A stretch of 64,000 nucleotides of DNA, from positions 54,193-118,192 of the forward strand of contig NIVC01003124.1 in NCBI GenBank assembly GCA_002269645.1, written 5' to 3'. The DNA is from Macrostomum lignano. Taxonomy: Eukaryota. The stretch's first letter is position 1, and the number at the start of each line of letters is the position of its first letter. Positions 1 through 12,433 of this stretch are shown here, one piece after another. The notes below the pieces were generated by a model. That model ran no database searches and had not been told where the DNA came from. It worked only from the letters and a program-made list of their open reading frames with translations. Position numbers and translations under genes: made by a program.

Positions 1-119
1 TCTCTGAAATCCCAAATTCAGATCTCAATCCCTAAAATCCCAAACTCAGATCCTCATCCCTAAAGTTCCACAGTCAAATCCCAATCCTTAAAATCCCCAC
101 ACAGCCATATCCTCTCCAC

Positions 120-3100
120 CTATAGTAGAAGCAGCGACCAAAGCCGCGGTCAAGCGACGCCTTATTGACAACCAGAGCGTCCTCGATGTCGTAGCCCGAA
201 TAGGACATGACAGCAACGCATGCATTTTGACCAGCCGGCAGCTCGTGATAGCCGATCAGTTCCAGCGGCTTAGTCTGCACCAGCGGCCTCTGCGGATACA
301 CGAGCAAGTACTGCACAGTGTCGAATCGTTCGTTCTGATTATAGGCCAGAGTGCCCATGGCCTGCTTGCCCATGGCGCACTGGTAGGTGTTGCGCGGGCT
401 CTGGTTGTGATGCGGGTAGGGAATTATACCAGCGCACACGCCTGAGGACGGACAGGTTTTTTGAAGGGGCGATTCTTTAGAAATGTATAAACCAAAAACC
501 GCAATTTCATAAATCATAATTCATAAGCTAAAAACCCGAAAAACCCGAAAACATAAAACCCGGAAATTCATAAATCAAAACCCAGGAATTTACCAACTAA
601 AAAGCCAATCATTCATACAAAAAGCTGAAAATTAGTAAACAATCAACCCAAAACTTATAAACCGAAAAACTTGGAAATTTATAAACAATAAACCCGGAAC
701 TTTTTATAAGCGAAAACCCAGAAATTCATAAACAATAAACCCGGAAGTTCGTAAACAATAAACCCGGAACTTTTTATAAGCGAAAAAGTTGGAAGTTCAT
801 AAACAACAAACCCGGAACGTTTTGTAAGCGAAAAACCCGGAAATTCATAAACAATAAACCCGGAAGTTCGTAAACAATAAACTCGGAAAATCGTAAACAA
901 TAAACCCGTAAATTTATAAGCTAAAAAACCGGATACTCTAAAACCCTGGAACTTCATAAATAAAAACCCGGGAATTTACCAACTTAAAAGCCGAAAATTT
1001 ATAAGCCAAAAAGCCAGTAATTCATAGAACATAAAACTTCATAGGCTTGTGAAAATGGGTTGAAAACTTTGTCACGCAGTTTTTATAATAAACAAAACTA
1101 ACCCAGCAAAGTGAACGGCTCAATCTCCAAGTGAGTAGTATCATCGGTGATGTCCTTTACGTACACGGCAATCCTACAATCGTTCTCCTCGTTAACGTCC
1201 AAATACTCGATCAGCCCTTCGTGTAGGAAATCTTCCCAATCGCGCAGGCCGCTAGCCAGTTCGTCCAGATGGCGCCGAGCTACCAGAGGTCGCCCAGCCT
1301 CTACGATGATGTACGGCCGACAGAGTCTGCCCCCATCCGAGGCGACGTGAACCGCTTTATGAGCGGCGTGACTGTGCACCGAGACGAACTGGTGAAGGCG
1401 ACCGGCACGGCGGAGTCGGCGAAGATGCCGGACTAGCCGGGGCCACTGCCGACAAGAGCCGACTAGCAGGCCTGGTTGGGGCAGAGAGATTGGGATATTG
1501 CCTGTTTAAAAAATCGCCCTAAACTCAGACACCCGATTCGCTCACCGGAGTGCTAGATTCTTGATACAGGAGAATCCCAGATCCCTAACACAGGGAAATC
1601 CCAGATCCCTAACACAGGGAAATCCAAGATCCCCAACACAGGAGAATCCCTGATCCCTAACACAGGGGAATCCCAGATCCCTAACACAGGGAAATCCCAG
1701 ATCCCTAACACAGGAGAATCCCTGATCCCTAACACAGGGGAATCCCAGATCCCTAACACAGGGAAATCCCAGATCCCTGACACAGGAGAATCCCAGATCC
1801 CAAACACAGGGAAATCCCAGATCCCTAACACAGAGAAATCCCAGATCCCTAACACAGGGGGATCTCAGATCCCTAAAAAAGGAGGATCCCTAACAAGGAG
1901 AATCCTTGATCCCTAACACAGAGAAATCCCAGATCCCTAACACAGGGAAATCCCAGATCCCTAAAAAAGGAGGATCCCTTACAAGGAGAATCCCTGATCC
2001 CTAACACAGGGGAATCTCAGATCCCTAACACAGGGGAATCTCAGATCCCTAACAAAGGGGAATCAAAGTCCCTAACACAGGGGAATCCCAGATCCCCAAC
2101 ATGCGGGAATCTCAGATCCCCAACAAAGGGGAATCCCAGATCCCTAACACAGGGGAATCTCAGATCCCACAACACAGGGGAATCCCAAATCCCTAGTATC
2201 GGGGAATCCAAGATCCCTAACCAAAGGTAAATCCCAGATCAATAACAAAGGTAAATCCCAGATCAATAACAAAGGTAAATCCCAGATCAATAACAAAGGT
2301 AAATCCCAGATCAATAACAAAGGTAAATCCCAGATCAATAACAAAGGTAAATCCCAGATCAATAACAAAGGTAAATCCCAGATCAATAACAAAGGTAAAT
2401 CCCAAATCAATAACAAAGGTAAATCCCAGATCAATAACAAAGGTAAATCCCAGATCAATAACAAAGGTAAATTCCATATCAATAACAAAGGTAAATCCCA
2501 CATCAATAACAAAGGGGAATCCCAGATCAACAACAAAGGGGAATCCCAGGTCCTTAATCCAGCCATATCTAAAAAACAATCACCGTTAAGAAAGACTAAA
2601 AAGCTGTGCTCAGCGTGCAGCTGCTGACCCCGCAGACTGTCCACGGGTTCAACGCCCAGATCGAGTATGAGGCGAAGCAGCGGCGCGTCGTCAACGTCCA
2701 TAGTCACGTGACTCATCAGAGCGAGGTTCTTGACTAATCCGCAGCTCTCGCCCTCGGGCGTGTCGCTAGGACAGAGCATGCCCCATTGGCTGGGCTGCAG
2801 CGACCGGGGACCGCTGACTTTGCGGGTCTTCTCGAACTGAGAATTGATGCGAGTCATGTGACCCAGGGCCGAGATGTAGGACAGACGGGTTAGCACCTGA
2901 AATTGATGAGCGATAGCTTACTTTAAGTAGGCAAGTTAATATTGCAATTAACTTTTTTCGGTGCTAGAAATGCTGGATATATTTTTAATCCATTTCTAAT
3001 CCAATCACAAAAAAATCTGACATCACGATGACCAATCGGACACGTCATTAATTTAAAAAATCGACTTTTTCTAAATCAATCGGAAAAATCTATGAACGAA

Positions 3101-5839
3101 TAGACAAACTAATGACCAAACCAGAGACCTAATGACCAAACTAACTAGAGATCTAATGGCCGAATCAGAGACCTAATTATTGAATTAGAGACCTAATTAT
3201 TGAATTAGAGACCTAATTATTGAATTAGAGACCTAATTACCGAACTAGAGACCCAAAGACCAAACCAGAGACTTAATGACCGAATATAAAGAAACTAATG
3301 ACCGAGTTTACAAATTAATTACCGAACTAGAGACCTAATGGCCGAATTCGAGACCTAATGACCAAACTAGAGACCTAATGGCCGAATTAGAGACCCAATG
3401 AGCGAACTAGTAATGGCCGAACTAGAGACCTAATGACCGAACTAGAGAGCTAATGACCGATCTGAAAAGTTAATGACCGAACTAGAGACCTAATGCCTGA
3501 CCAAATGACCAGAATTGAAAAATTGATGACCAAATAGATAAACTTATGACCGTTTCTACATGACCAAATTGCATAAACTTAAAATGAACCTACCCTACAA
3601 AATAAAACACAAACCTGAGTGACTCCCTGACGTTCCATTCGGAATCGTTTGATATTCCAATTGCCAGACGAGATGGCGGCAACCAAGCCGTTAGTGATCA
3701 GATCCTGCCGGATGTGCTTGTGAATGTCAAAGGCGGTCGCTTGATTTTTAGGCAGCATCTCGTTGGCAACGAAACGCAAATTATCGTTAAACTTTTTGAA
3801 ATGATCTTCGAACAGCAGAGCTAACAGAGAGCCCGCCAATTCAAGCCTTTTATTGCCGTAGTAGTCGCGATCGTCTGGAGGGATCAGGCCGGCTTGGGCC
3901 AGGATCAGCTTGCGCAACATCAGGCACAGGTAGACGCACTTCTGATGGAAATTCCAATGTTCGACTGGCACGTGGGCTAGGACTATGTCCTGAGGGATTC
4001 GAATGGTAGCGTAGATAGGAGGGGGAACGATTTAAAAGTGCAAATATATTTCATAAGTACAAAAAGAAAGGCGCTACTAAAAGTACATATAAGGGCAATT
4101 CTAAAAGTTCAAAGTCTATTCGAAAAGTACAAAGACAATTCGAAAAGTGCAAAGAAGGGCCATTCCAAAAGTTCGAGGGAGGGCGACTCTAAAATTGCAA
4201 GGAAGGGTGATTCTAAAAGTGCAGTCTATTCTGAAAGTACATAGACAGTTTTAAAAGTGCAAATTTCGAGGAAGGGCGAATCTAAAAGTACAAAGTCGAT
4301 TCTAAAAGTGCAAAGGGCTAATAAAAAATGCAAAGGAGGGCGATTCTAAAAATTCAAAGGACTATTCCAAAATTGCAAGGAAGGGAGATTCTAAAAGTGC
4401 AAAGAAGGGCTATTACAAAAGTGCAAGAAAGGGCGATTATAAAAGCGCAAAGATGGGGATATAGTAGATAGGAAGTAGATAGGGGATATTAAGGAAAGCT
4501 AAAAGGATATTATCATCTGTAAGAACAATTCTTTAAAAACTTTCACATCATCTTCGCTGTGCCAATACAAACCTTCAAAGTCTGCCTACAATCGTCAATA
4601 CGACCTTCGGCGTCTTTGCGTTCTCGACTGGCTTTCCAAGCCGGGCCGTAGGTCTTCGCAACTCGGATCTTGTTAGATAGCCAGGCTAGGGCCTGATTCT
4701 GAGTGAACAGCTTCAGCTTGTGACACTGCTCTAGACAGGGCAATAGCGCTGATAGAACCTCATCCTCTGTACCAATAGTCTGTACAATCTCTTGATCGCA
4801 AATCATGCCCATAGCTTTTAGTACAACAACAGCTGGCACTAGTTCGCCAAACGAATTGTGCTCGACGTGGAAAATGCCTTTCTTGGCTACTAGGCCGGTT
4901 TTAGATTTGCGCTGATGTGTACTGGATGTGACGCTGCACATTATGTGGCCTGTGGGAGATGGGGGAATAATTGGAAATATTATCCCCCATAACGATTTTG
5001 CGGACAAAAGTGACGATGTGGGAGTGTGACAAGAGTGACGATGTGGGAGAGTGACAAGAGTGACGATGTAAGTGTGACAAGAGTGACGATGTGGGAGAGT
5101 GACAAGAGTGATAAAAAGAAATGTGCCTACAAGAAGAATGCCGATTTTTATTTGAGAGTGACGAGAGAGCGACGATGCTGAGAGGCTGACAAGACTGGAG
5201 TGAGGAAGTTAGACAGAATCACAAGAGAAAAATGACACAAATGACAAGAGATCCTTCGAGAGTCTAGAACCAAACGTACAAACCTTTATTATCATCCTCA
5301 ACAATAATCCGATTCTTAGACAGCTGTTCCTGCAGTAGAATGACCTTCTCTGTGCCGCGAATAATAAAATAGCCGCCAGGATCAAGGGGACACTCGCGTA
5401 ATCTAGTCAATTCGTTAGGCGTCTTGCCAGTTAACAGACAGTTGGAACTTCGCAGCATGATAGGTATGGATCCAATTGGCACACGGTCCATGTTGACTCT
5501 CTGATCGCCTCGTATATAAGCGATATCCACTAGTAAGGGAGCAGCGTAGGTCAAATCCCTAAGACGGCACTCGTGCGGGCTAATCTCTTTAACAATGGGC
5601 CCCTCTTCAACGGATGGCCTGCCAACGTAAATATTTTTATATTCCAAATACCAGCGCTGGTCTGCGTCGCACACGACTCTCTGATTGGCTAGCATGATAG
5701 CTCGAACTTCGGTGTTAACAAAATGATTAAACGATTCGATGTGCTGTTTAACTAGGCCGCGAACTTTTAAAAAAGCCGGCACTAATTTCCATTTGTCTTC
5801 GAGGCTTTTTATCGATTTGTTTAAATTATCGACGTCCAT
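120..5839 (-). CDS. POLR3B: DNA-directed RNA polymerase III second-largest subunit (RPC2), 5' part; gene continues beyond the left edge
   Basis: Exons 5839-5284, 4949-4573, 3989-3615, 2896-2584, 1471-1103 and 441-120 have GT-AG boundaries and join in frame. Translation gives hallmark RPC2 motifs: [141 protein letters not shown]. Confidence 0.97.
490..1060. repeat. Degenerate ~23-bp minisatellite in POLR3B intron 5 (AAACCCGGAAATTCATAAACAAT-like)
   Basis: Tandem AAACCCGGAA/TTCATAAACAAT units seen directly; source of the spurious ORF 679-957. Confidence 0.85.
1560..2545. repeat. 24-bp minisatellite in POLR3B intron 4 (GGGAAATCCCAGATCCCTAACACA) with a homogenised subarray (AGGTAAATCCCAGATCAATAACAA, ~2221-2520)
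   Basis: Tandem units seen directly; yields the 8-aa-periodic ORFs 1553-1855 and 2217-2579. Confidence 0.92.
3110..3540. repeat. 20-bp minisatellite in POLR3B intron 3 (GAGACCTAATGACCGAACTA)
   Basis: Tandem units seen directly. Confidence 0.85.
4030..4450. repeat. Degenerate ~22-24-bp minisatellite in POLR3B intron 2 (GGGCGATTCTAAAAGTGCAAA-like)
   Basis: Recurrent CTAAAAGTGCAA core in tandem. Confidence 0.75.
5005..5115. repeat. 25-bp minisatellite in POLR3B intron 1 (GTGACAAGAGTGACGATGTGGGAGA, ~4 copies)
   Basis: Tandem units seen directly. Confidence 0.8.
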
Positions 5840-6029
5840 TGTTTTAGGGAATGCGCATTGACGGCCAACTGAAGTAAAGTTTTATGAATTCATTTTCAAC
5901 GTCTTTATCTGTACGAGATGTATCGCGAATTTTTTTCTACTAGATGCTATTAGTAGGGTGCTAAGTGAAAGCTTAGTGGTATTGTGTGTTGATTTGTTCC
6001 TTCCTTCCTTTACAAGCCGTCAAAACATC

Positions 6030-6990
6030 CAGCTTATCCCACCTCTAAAACCAGGCAATCTGAGTTTCTATTTGCTCTCAAAGATCCATAAGGATCTCAA
6101 ATTGTGGCTGATTCCCACAGTCCCACCCGAGCAGCCGACAGTCTCTGACTGCAGCGCCAAATTTATCAAACCTCTTTCTACAACCAATTCCTAAAGAACA
6201 AGACTCATTCATCTACGACACTGATTGCTTTCAAGCTGTCATTGATGGTCTGAACTTTGCTAAGGAGGAAAGTGCTCTCTTGGTTACAATGGACATATGG
6301 GCCATATGCAGAAAGCTCTGTCTAGGGTACTCCAGTCTTGAAAAGCTAGTCTAGACTTGGATTTGGTATGCAGAAACACAAAGTTAGACCAGTTTACTAT
6401 AGCAGAACTAGGCTAGCTAGACCATAGACTATAGACTGAACTACCCAAGTCCAGACTAGCTAGTCTGGACTAGGCTTTCTGCATATGGCCCTTTGAGTCC
6501 ATTTACATAAACATTCCAATAGACAAAGGTCTGGGTGTAGTAAGGCATGCCTTTGAAAGTCCCAAGAGTCGGTAAGGCCAGACTAACACATACTTGACTG
6601 CTTAGATATTAACCTTAACCAGAATGACTTTATCTTCAGCAACAAGGGGTATTTGCAGATATAAGGCACTGGCATGGGGAAAGCCTTTGTGCATTCTTAT
6701 GCCAACATCTTTATGTTAGACTGGGAGCCTAGGGCCCTAGAAACCACATCTTTTGCTCCCTAACTGTATTTAAATGCTATATTTATGTCATCTTCATGGT
6801 CAGCTCACATTGATTTTCACAGTAATATTCAGCTCACATTGAACAATAGCCAGATTACTGCTCAAATTTTTATAGCTATGTCTAGCTATGACTTGCTCAA
6901 TCTACTCTGACCCAGACTTTTCATTTTGCCAAGTACTGGATCAAACTTTCTTCATCCTAAACACACCTTCAAAGGGATCATGAAATCCTT
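6030..6990 (+). mobile_element. Decayed Penelope-like retroelement reverse transcriptase fragment
   Basis: Ordered PLE-type RT motifs across stops and frameshifts: FYLLSKIHK (6066), PTVSDC, SFIYDT, LVTMDI (6280) [MITE insertion] ESIYINIPIDKG (6495), YLQI*GTGMG (6650), SYANIFM, YIYVIFMV (decayed YIDDIF, 6778), LHPKHTFKGIMKS (6950-6988). Family assignment is from recalled PLE RT consensus. Confidence 0.8.
6299..6491. mobile_element. 193-bp MITE (probably PIF/Harbinger-type) inserted into the PLE RT
   Basis: Perfect 18-bp TIRs GGGCCATATGCAGAAAGC (6299-6316) / GCTTTCTGCATATGGCCC (6474-6491). It splits the RT motif LVTMDI-ES. No clean TSD (TAT vs TTT). Confidence 0.8.
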
Positions 6991-8539
6991 TGAATAAATT
7001 ATTCTATATACTAAAATTGGATCTAAAACTATATATTATATATAAATTGATAACAAGAAAAGATAGAGCTAGGTTCATAAACTGTTATCAAGCTTTAAAA
7101 AGGCTCATCTTATGACATATTTGCATATGCATCTTGTGTACAATAAAAAATCTAGCACTACCATTGCCTGTTTGCCATCCCTATGATTTGGCCATTGGCA
7201 TTTGCTATTTTTTTGCCAAAATAATAGCTTATATCATACATGATATACCATTGCCATTGCAATGTGTTTAATAAATAACTTTTAATGTAACATAAGTCTT
7301 AAAGCTCTAAATTTAATGTTACATTGGTGACTTGGTCAATTGGATAGAATAGAAGCTCTTCTATATCTTAGAAAGCTATTTATCAATATTTGCCTATTTG
7401 CTCTAGGCCTAATGTGGTAATGGTATGAATTTCTATAATACAAATTGCATATGTGATATATGACTGCAGTGTCAGACTTAGAGTTAGACTAAGAGAGACT
7501 TATCTTTTTTGCATAATTTATTTTCTATTCTGCTAATTTTGGCAACTTCTTTTTGGTCATATAATTGGTTAAAAATAATTGCTTCAATTTTTTAAAAATA
7601 TCAAGTTCAATTACTTTAGGCCTACTGGCTATGAAAATAATGTCTCTTGGTATGATACAATGATAGTCTTATAATTGGTGTTAACATTATAAAGTACTTT
7701 TTTTATCTAGAATTTAATCATTTTGCTTAGTCTATATACTAAAAATCTTAACCTAACAGTGCTAATAGTAATGACTTTGGATTCATGCAATTGCAAATTA
7801 ATATAGAACTAAAGTATTAAATATGATATAACAATGTAAGAAAATTTATGTAATCTCATAATTTTGCTTTTAGCATCTAGCATTCTAATTAATGTATGCC
7901 AATCTGAAAGACAAATATTTCATTCAATTTTCATATAAATACACTATACTCTATGATATATTATATTTTACATGTCCTAACATTGTATACATTACTGGTT
8001 ATTAGCTAGTGAGCAAATATAACTAAACAATCACATTTTCTTCAACAACAGGTTCTTCTGGACCACTTGGATGCAATGTGGCTAGATGCATAGGCCAATA
8101 TCATAGCACAAATGGCAACAAAGTGACCTGCTACTAGCAAGCCTATTGGGCACCCTCCTACCTAGTTTTTTAAGCCATCAGTGCCCCTTGCTAGCCAAAG
8201 CAGGGTGACAATACTAGACTATCACTTTTGCCTTGGTTGCCAAAAAGTAGCTTAGATCCTAAAAAGTGCAAAATCATTCAAAATGATACCATCTCATGTA
8301 ATAAGCCACTTCCAAGTAAGGATAACTGAACTCAATAGTGCTTATAAATTAAAAATCTGGCATATTTAGGTAGTGGCACAAGCAGAAATTTGAGGTAGAT
8401 AGATTTTAGGTAAAATTTTGGAAAAAAGAAAGCTGTTCCGGTTGGATTTTCTGGAATTTTTCACCTGGAACACTACTGAATTCTGGGTGTAGACCTGAAT
8501 TCCAGTCCCCTACATTTCCAAGCTTACTGCTATTTACAG

Positions 8540-10034
8540 AAGTCGAATATCACACCCCTTTCGGCACAATGGATCACAACGAAGGTTCCGTGTTGCTGGA
8601 TGTAAAGAAGAAAATTGCCGACGTACTTGCTAGCATCAATGCTATCTTACTGTACCCAGCACATCGGGGCTGTCCAGTGCCTTGTGTGCATATTGAGAGT
8701 GTAGTGACATCTTACTGACGCTTACTAGGAGCAGAAATCCCACTCGCTGACTGCAGATGTGGCAGCGTTGGCGAGCTGGTAGGCAGTTACAGTCAAAGAA
8801 TCGGCACAGACAGTGTGTGGCTTTGACTCACGGATTCTGTGGCCGGAGCCAGCGTCACTAGTCAACCAGATTTGCCAGGCAGGGCCAAAGCCGGCGGCGT
8901 GGCGCAACTGACAGTGGCCAGATGCTAATGTCGACGCCGTTCTGAAGCAGTGGCAGTGGTACCTATCATCTCGTAAATTGCCCCTCAAAAAGCCGCCGCA
9001 TCGGTCGCCTGTGAATTCTGGACCGGAAATATATGTCACCGCTAATCAGTCGAAACACTTGGCGGCGCAGTTGAGTTTTGAAAGCCACCAGCACGAGGCG
9101 GCGGCTTCCAGTCAGTGCGGCTGCAGTGCAATCAGCGCTGTACAGCAATGGCCTCTGCGGATGCTCCGCGACGTCCTCGGTCTCCTCACAACCGCCGTAG
9201 AAAGTTCAAACGAATCTCAGCATGGCTCCGGCTGCTGTGCTGGAGCTGCTCATTGTCGTTCAAGTCGGCTTATGGGACGTTCTCCAGCGTGGCTGCGGCC
9301 TTAACTGTTGCTTCCACCTGATCAGATGTTGGGCTCGGGAACTGGATATGGGCCTGCGCTTGTCAGAAAAAAATCGGGAATAGGAAAACCCACCATTATG
9401 GGCACGGAGCCCTTGGCTGACCGAGCGGACGCTCTGATAGCGCTACTCTGTCAGGAGGCAGGCAGATTCCATGTGGCCTATCAGCGCGAAAGTGGTTGGA
9501 AAGACCTCATTGGTTTCCTGCTCCAGATGCTGCTGAAGGAGGGCATTCCCCATGGCTACTGCACAACGGATAATATCGCTGTGGTGTGGAGGTAAGATAG
9601 TGTAGCTTTAGTGCGCAATTAATGGTCCGCAACTCAGCACTACTGGCAGTGTCTAGCACAGGCCTTACCTCGCGGGGGCTCATTTTTTACCCTGATGAGC
9701 CGATGCCCGACACGGCGGCTGGCGTTGCGAGCACCATGGCCAGCCTCGAACCGCAGCCGGATTCCGAGCTGAACACCGCAAGGGCGAAAGGGTGTATTAA
9801 ACTGACAATAAGAACTTAGGCAAGAAGAAACACTATTGTACATCATTGTTTGAAACTGCGACTTGCCTTGTATGCCTTGTACACTCAAGATCCAAGATAC
9901 CTTGTATCCAGGTTTCCCTTGACTGTTGCGGTTGCCAATATAAACTGTGGCACCTTGTGCTCCACCATATGTTTCACAGACTCCGTTCATATGCGCGCTT
10001 TTTGTGTTAGACTTTGATTAATTTATACATTAAT

Positions 10035-10066
<32 letters not shown>

Positions 10067-12433
10067 GAAACAGACAAACACTAAGACAGACAGACAGACA
10101 GACAAGCAGGCAGAGAAACAAGTAGACAACAGGCAATTCCCGCAATAATTCCAGCCCGGAAAGCATGTCCAGCCGGTTTTCAAGCCACAAAACCTAGACC
10201 AACTTGTGGACCGCATCCACATGCTACTGCTAGAAAATTGCTGTATACGGCGACTGCTAAGTCATGTCTCGTCATATTCGACTTCTTGGGACGACATTGG
10301 CCTTGCTTCAAAGTGACTCGTAGCTTAACCAAAGACATCGGTCGGAATCCCACAATGTATGCACTCAAGGACGATCGCAACAAAGAGAATAAGCAGTGGG
10401 CAACGGGATACATAAGGGTCCTTGAAGCCAAAAATGGTCAACTTTGTACTGACCTCCCGTATCGGAATCTCATTGAACTGTATGCCAGTTCAACTCGATT
10501 CCAGTCGAAACCGTGGCCCTATGTGCAGCTGGTTAGCCAAGCACTGCATACTTCCAATGCCATCATCCACAAGCGGAAGCCGGCGCCATTATCTGCGAAA
10601 GAGTGCAGGGAAGGCTGGCTTGTCACCAGTGACTTTAATTTTGACGCCGACGACTTAGAATGGCTAAAAAGGAGGCACAGAGAACTACATGGCCGGAAAG
10701 AAGGCAGTGTCAGATCTGGTGCAACTCAGAGACCAGTCACCCTTTCGCCAGCAGAAATTTAGTCCCGCAGATGTGGATGGCACTGGATGCGCCGGAAATT
10801 CGCCAACATTTGGGTGACAGTCGCATGGTAAACAACAACAGCTGGAATTCCGGCGGGATCAATTGCATTAGGTGCTGATGCCTCCAACTGTCCATAAGTT
10901 GAAATTGACGTTTTTAATTGCGGCTACCATATAATTGTACTTTCAATTTGCATAATCTGTAATCTTACTCATGATTCTGAGTTCTTACACTACACAATGC
11001 TGACCACTGTCTATTTGATGTTGTTCATTAAAACAATACCACATGTTCAATATTATGACTAACCTGACAAACATGACTGCACTAAAGAGCCGAAAATCAG
11101 CTGAAGGAACTTCGATTTTGGAAGTATCTTCCCTTCCGCATTGACTCATTTGATTGTTTCTTGTGTAAGTAGTATGGTATGGCAGGATCGCATCAAAACA
11201 CTATCCAATTAATTAACTAAGTGACATAGTTTGCACCTTTATGCACCTAATGTTGTATTTTCTAACATTTTACCTAACAGACGCATGCTACTAGATTATT
11301 TACTTGAGTGTTCTTGCAGATTTGGGCAGTTGTATGGGAATTTTAACAAGCGCATGTCTTTTAACACAATGTGTCCTTCACTGAAACCATTTCAGCCATG
11401 GGCTCTCCATCTGACAAGTAATGACATCAAAAAGCCACTCTTTGGGGACATCAGGAGTTGGTGCAAAGAAGACTTCCAAGACTTGCAAGAAACAACAGGA
11501 ACTCCCTGCTGAGTTTAAAGCATACTCAGGTGCTGTCAATCGCTATTGGAGTGTACAATATACCCTTGATTCTTAGAGCAGTGTACAGTACAGTGTTGTG
11601 CAGGACGCTTTTATTGTAGCAATTTTGCATGCGGATGAGGAGCCCACCTGGAAGTGCCGTGTCCTTGTTGTCACAGCTGCTAACAAGAGTACCGGATCCC
11701 AGTATTCCGCCACTATCTGGAAGAGGCCTTTCGAAAGAAAGGCATAAGCGATTGAAGCAACTGCTTTGGCGCGTGTGCAATTGCAGCAACCGCAGCCATC
11801 ACGATGCCTGTCATACGCTACAATGATGGATCAGATTCAGGCCCAAGGCGAAGTTGAGGACGAACTGCGTAAGTTTTTTATGCATATATTAGAAGACATT
11901 AGCAGCCTTGTATATGTATAAGTGTTGTCGATTAGTTACTTTGCATCTGCCTCGCCACTCTCCTCATTTTTATGTACTTAATAGGCCATCAATTGAGTGG
12001 AGTTTGCAAAAAGCTGTCAGAGGCTCAAGCCGAAAATTGTCAGCTGAAAGCGGAAGTTCTTTGGTTGGAAGCTATCTCCGCTACGTGCTCGTTGGAATCC
12101 GACACAACCGTGGCAAGAAGCCAGGCAGTGCATGTACTGGGTTGCGTCGCAAAGTGACAGGAGCAGTTGCTTGTACTGATCAATGAAGTGTGCAATATTC
12201 TGGGTGGCTCCAATATGCACCCTTCATCTGAAAATGGTCCGAATTTGGATGATGAGTGCAACCATCAGGCTCCACAATCAGGCCTAAGCGCATCTTCCGC
12301 TTTTTTCATACAAGTGCCTATTAGCACCAGTCAAAGCACTCAACTGCACCACAGCATGCAATTGGTATTGGCTATGCATTCGTCCAGCGCCCAGCAAGGC
12401 GGTTTTGGAGTCGCTATTTGTAAGCCTAGCTAG
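8540..12433 (+). pseudogene. Spliced pseudogene encoding LOTUS/OST-HTH-like domains, a possible dsRBD-like segment and a short coiled coil
   Basis: From ATG 8569: DVLASINAILL...VHIESVVTSY*RLLGAEIPLADCRCGSVGELV...VWL*L resembles the OST-HTH consensus. In-frame TGA at 8716, 8824 and 12155 read through into sensible sequence. Splice-like sites occur at 8539 (AG), 9592 (GTAAG), ~11870 (GTAAGT) and ~11984 (AG). Further LOTUS-like (IFDFLGRHWPCFKV) and dsRBD-like (PTWKCRVLV...FERKA*AIEATALA) stretches follow. Domain calls are by eye only. Confidence 0.55.
10035..10130. repeat. Imperfect (CAGA)n microsatellite
   Basis: Seen directly. Confidence 0.85.

Noticed and set aside
10260-10400. Z-alpha domain reading of IFDFLGRHW...KDIGRNPTMYAL
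   Set aside because: The spacing and PP.W wing of Z-alpha are missing; the segment fits the C-terminal half of a LOTUS-like domain at least as well.
8716-12157. TGA readthrough / selenocysteine or altered genetic code in the LOTUS-like gene
   Set aside because: TAA and TAG stops and frameshifts also occur, and neighbouring intact genes use no in-frame TGA. C->T decay explains the stops.
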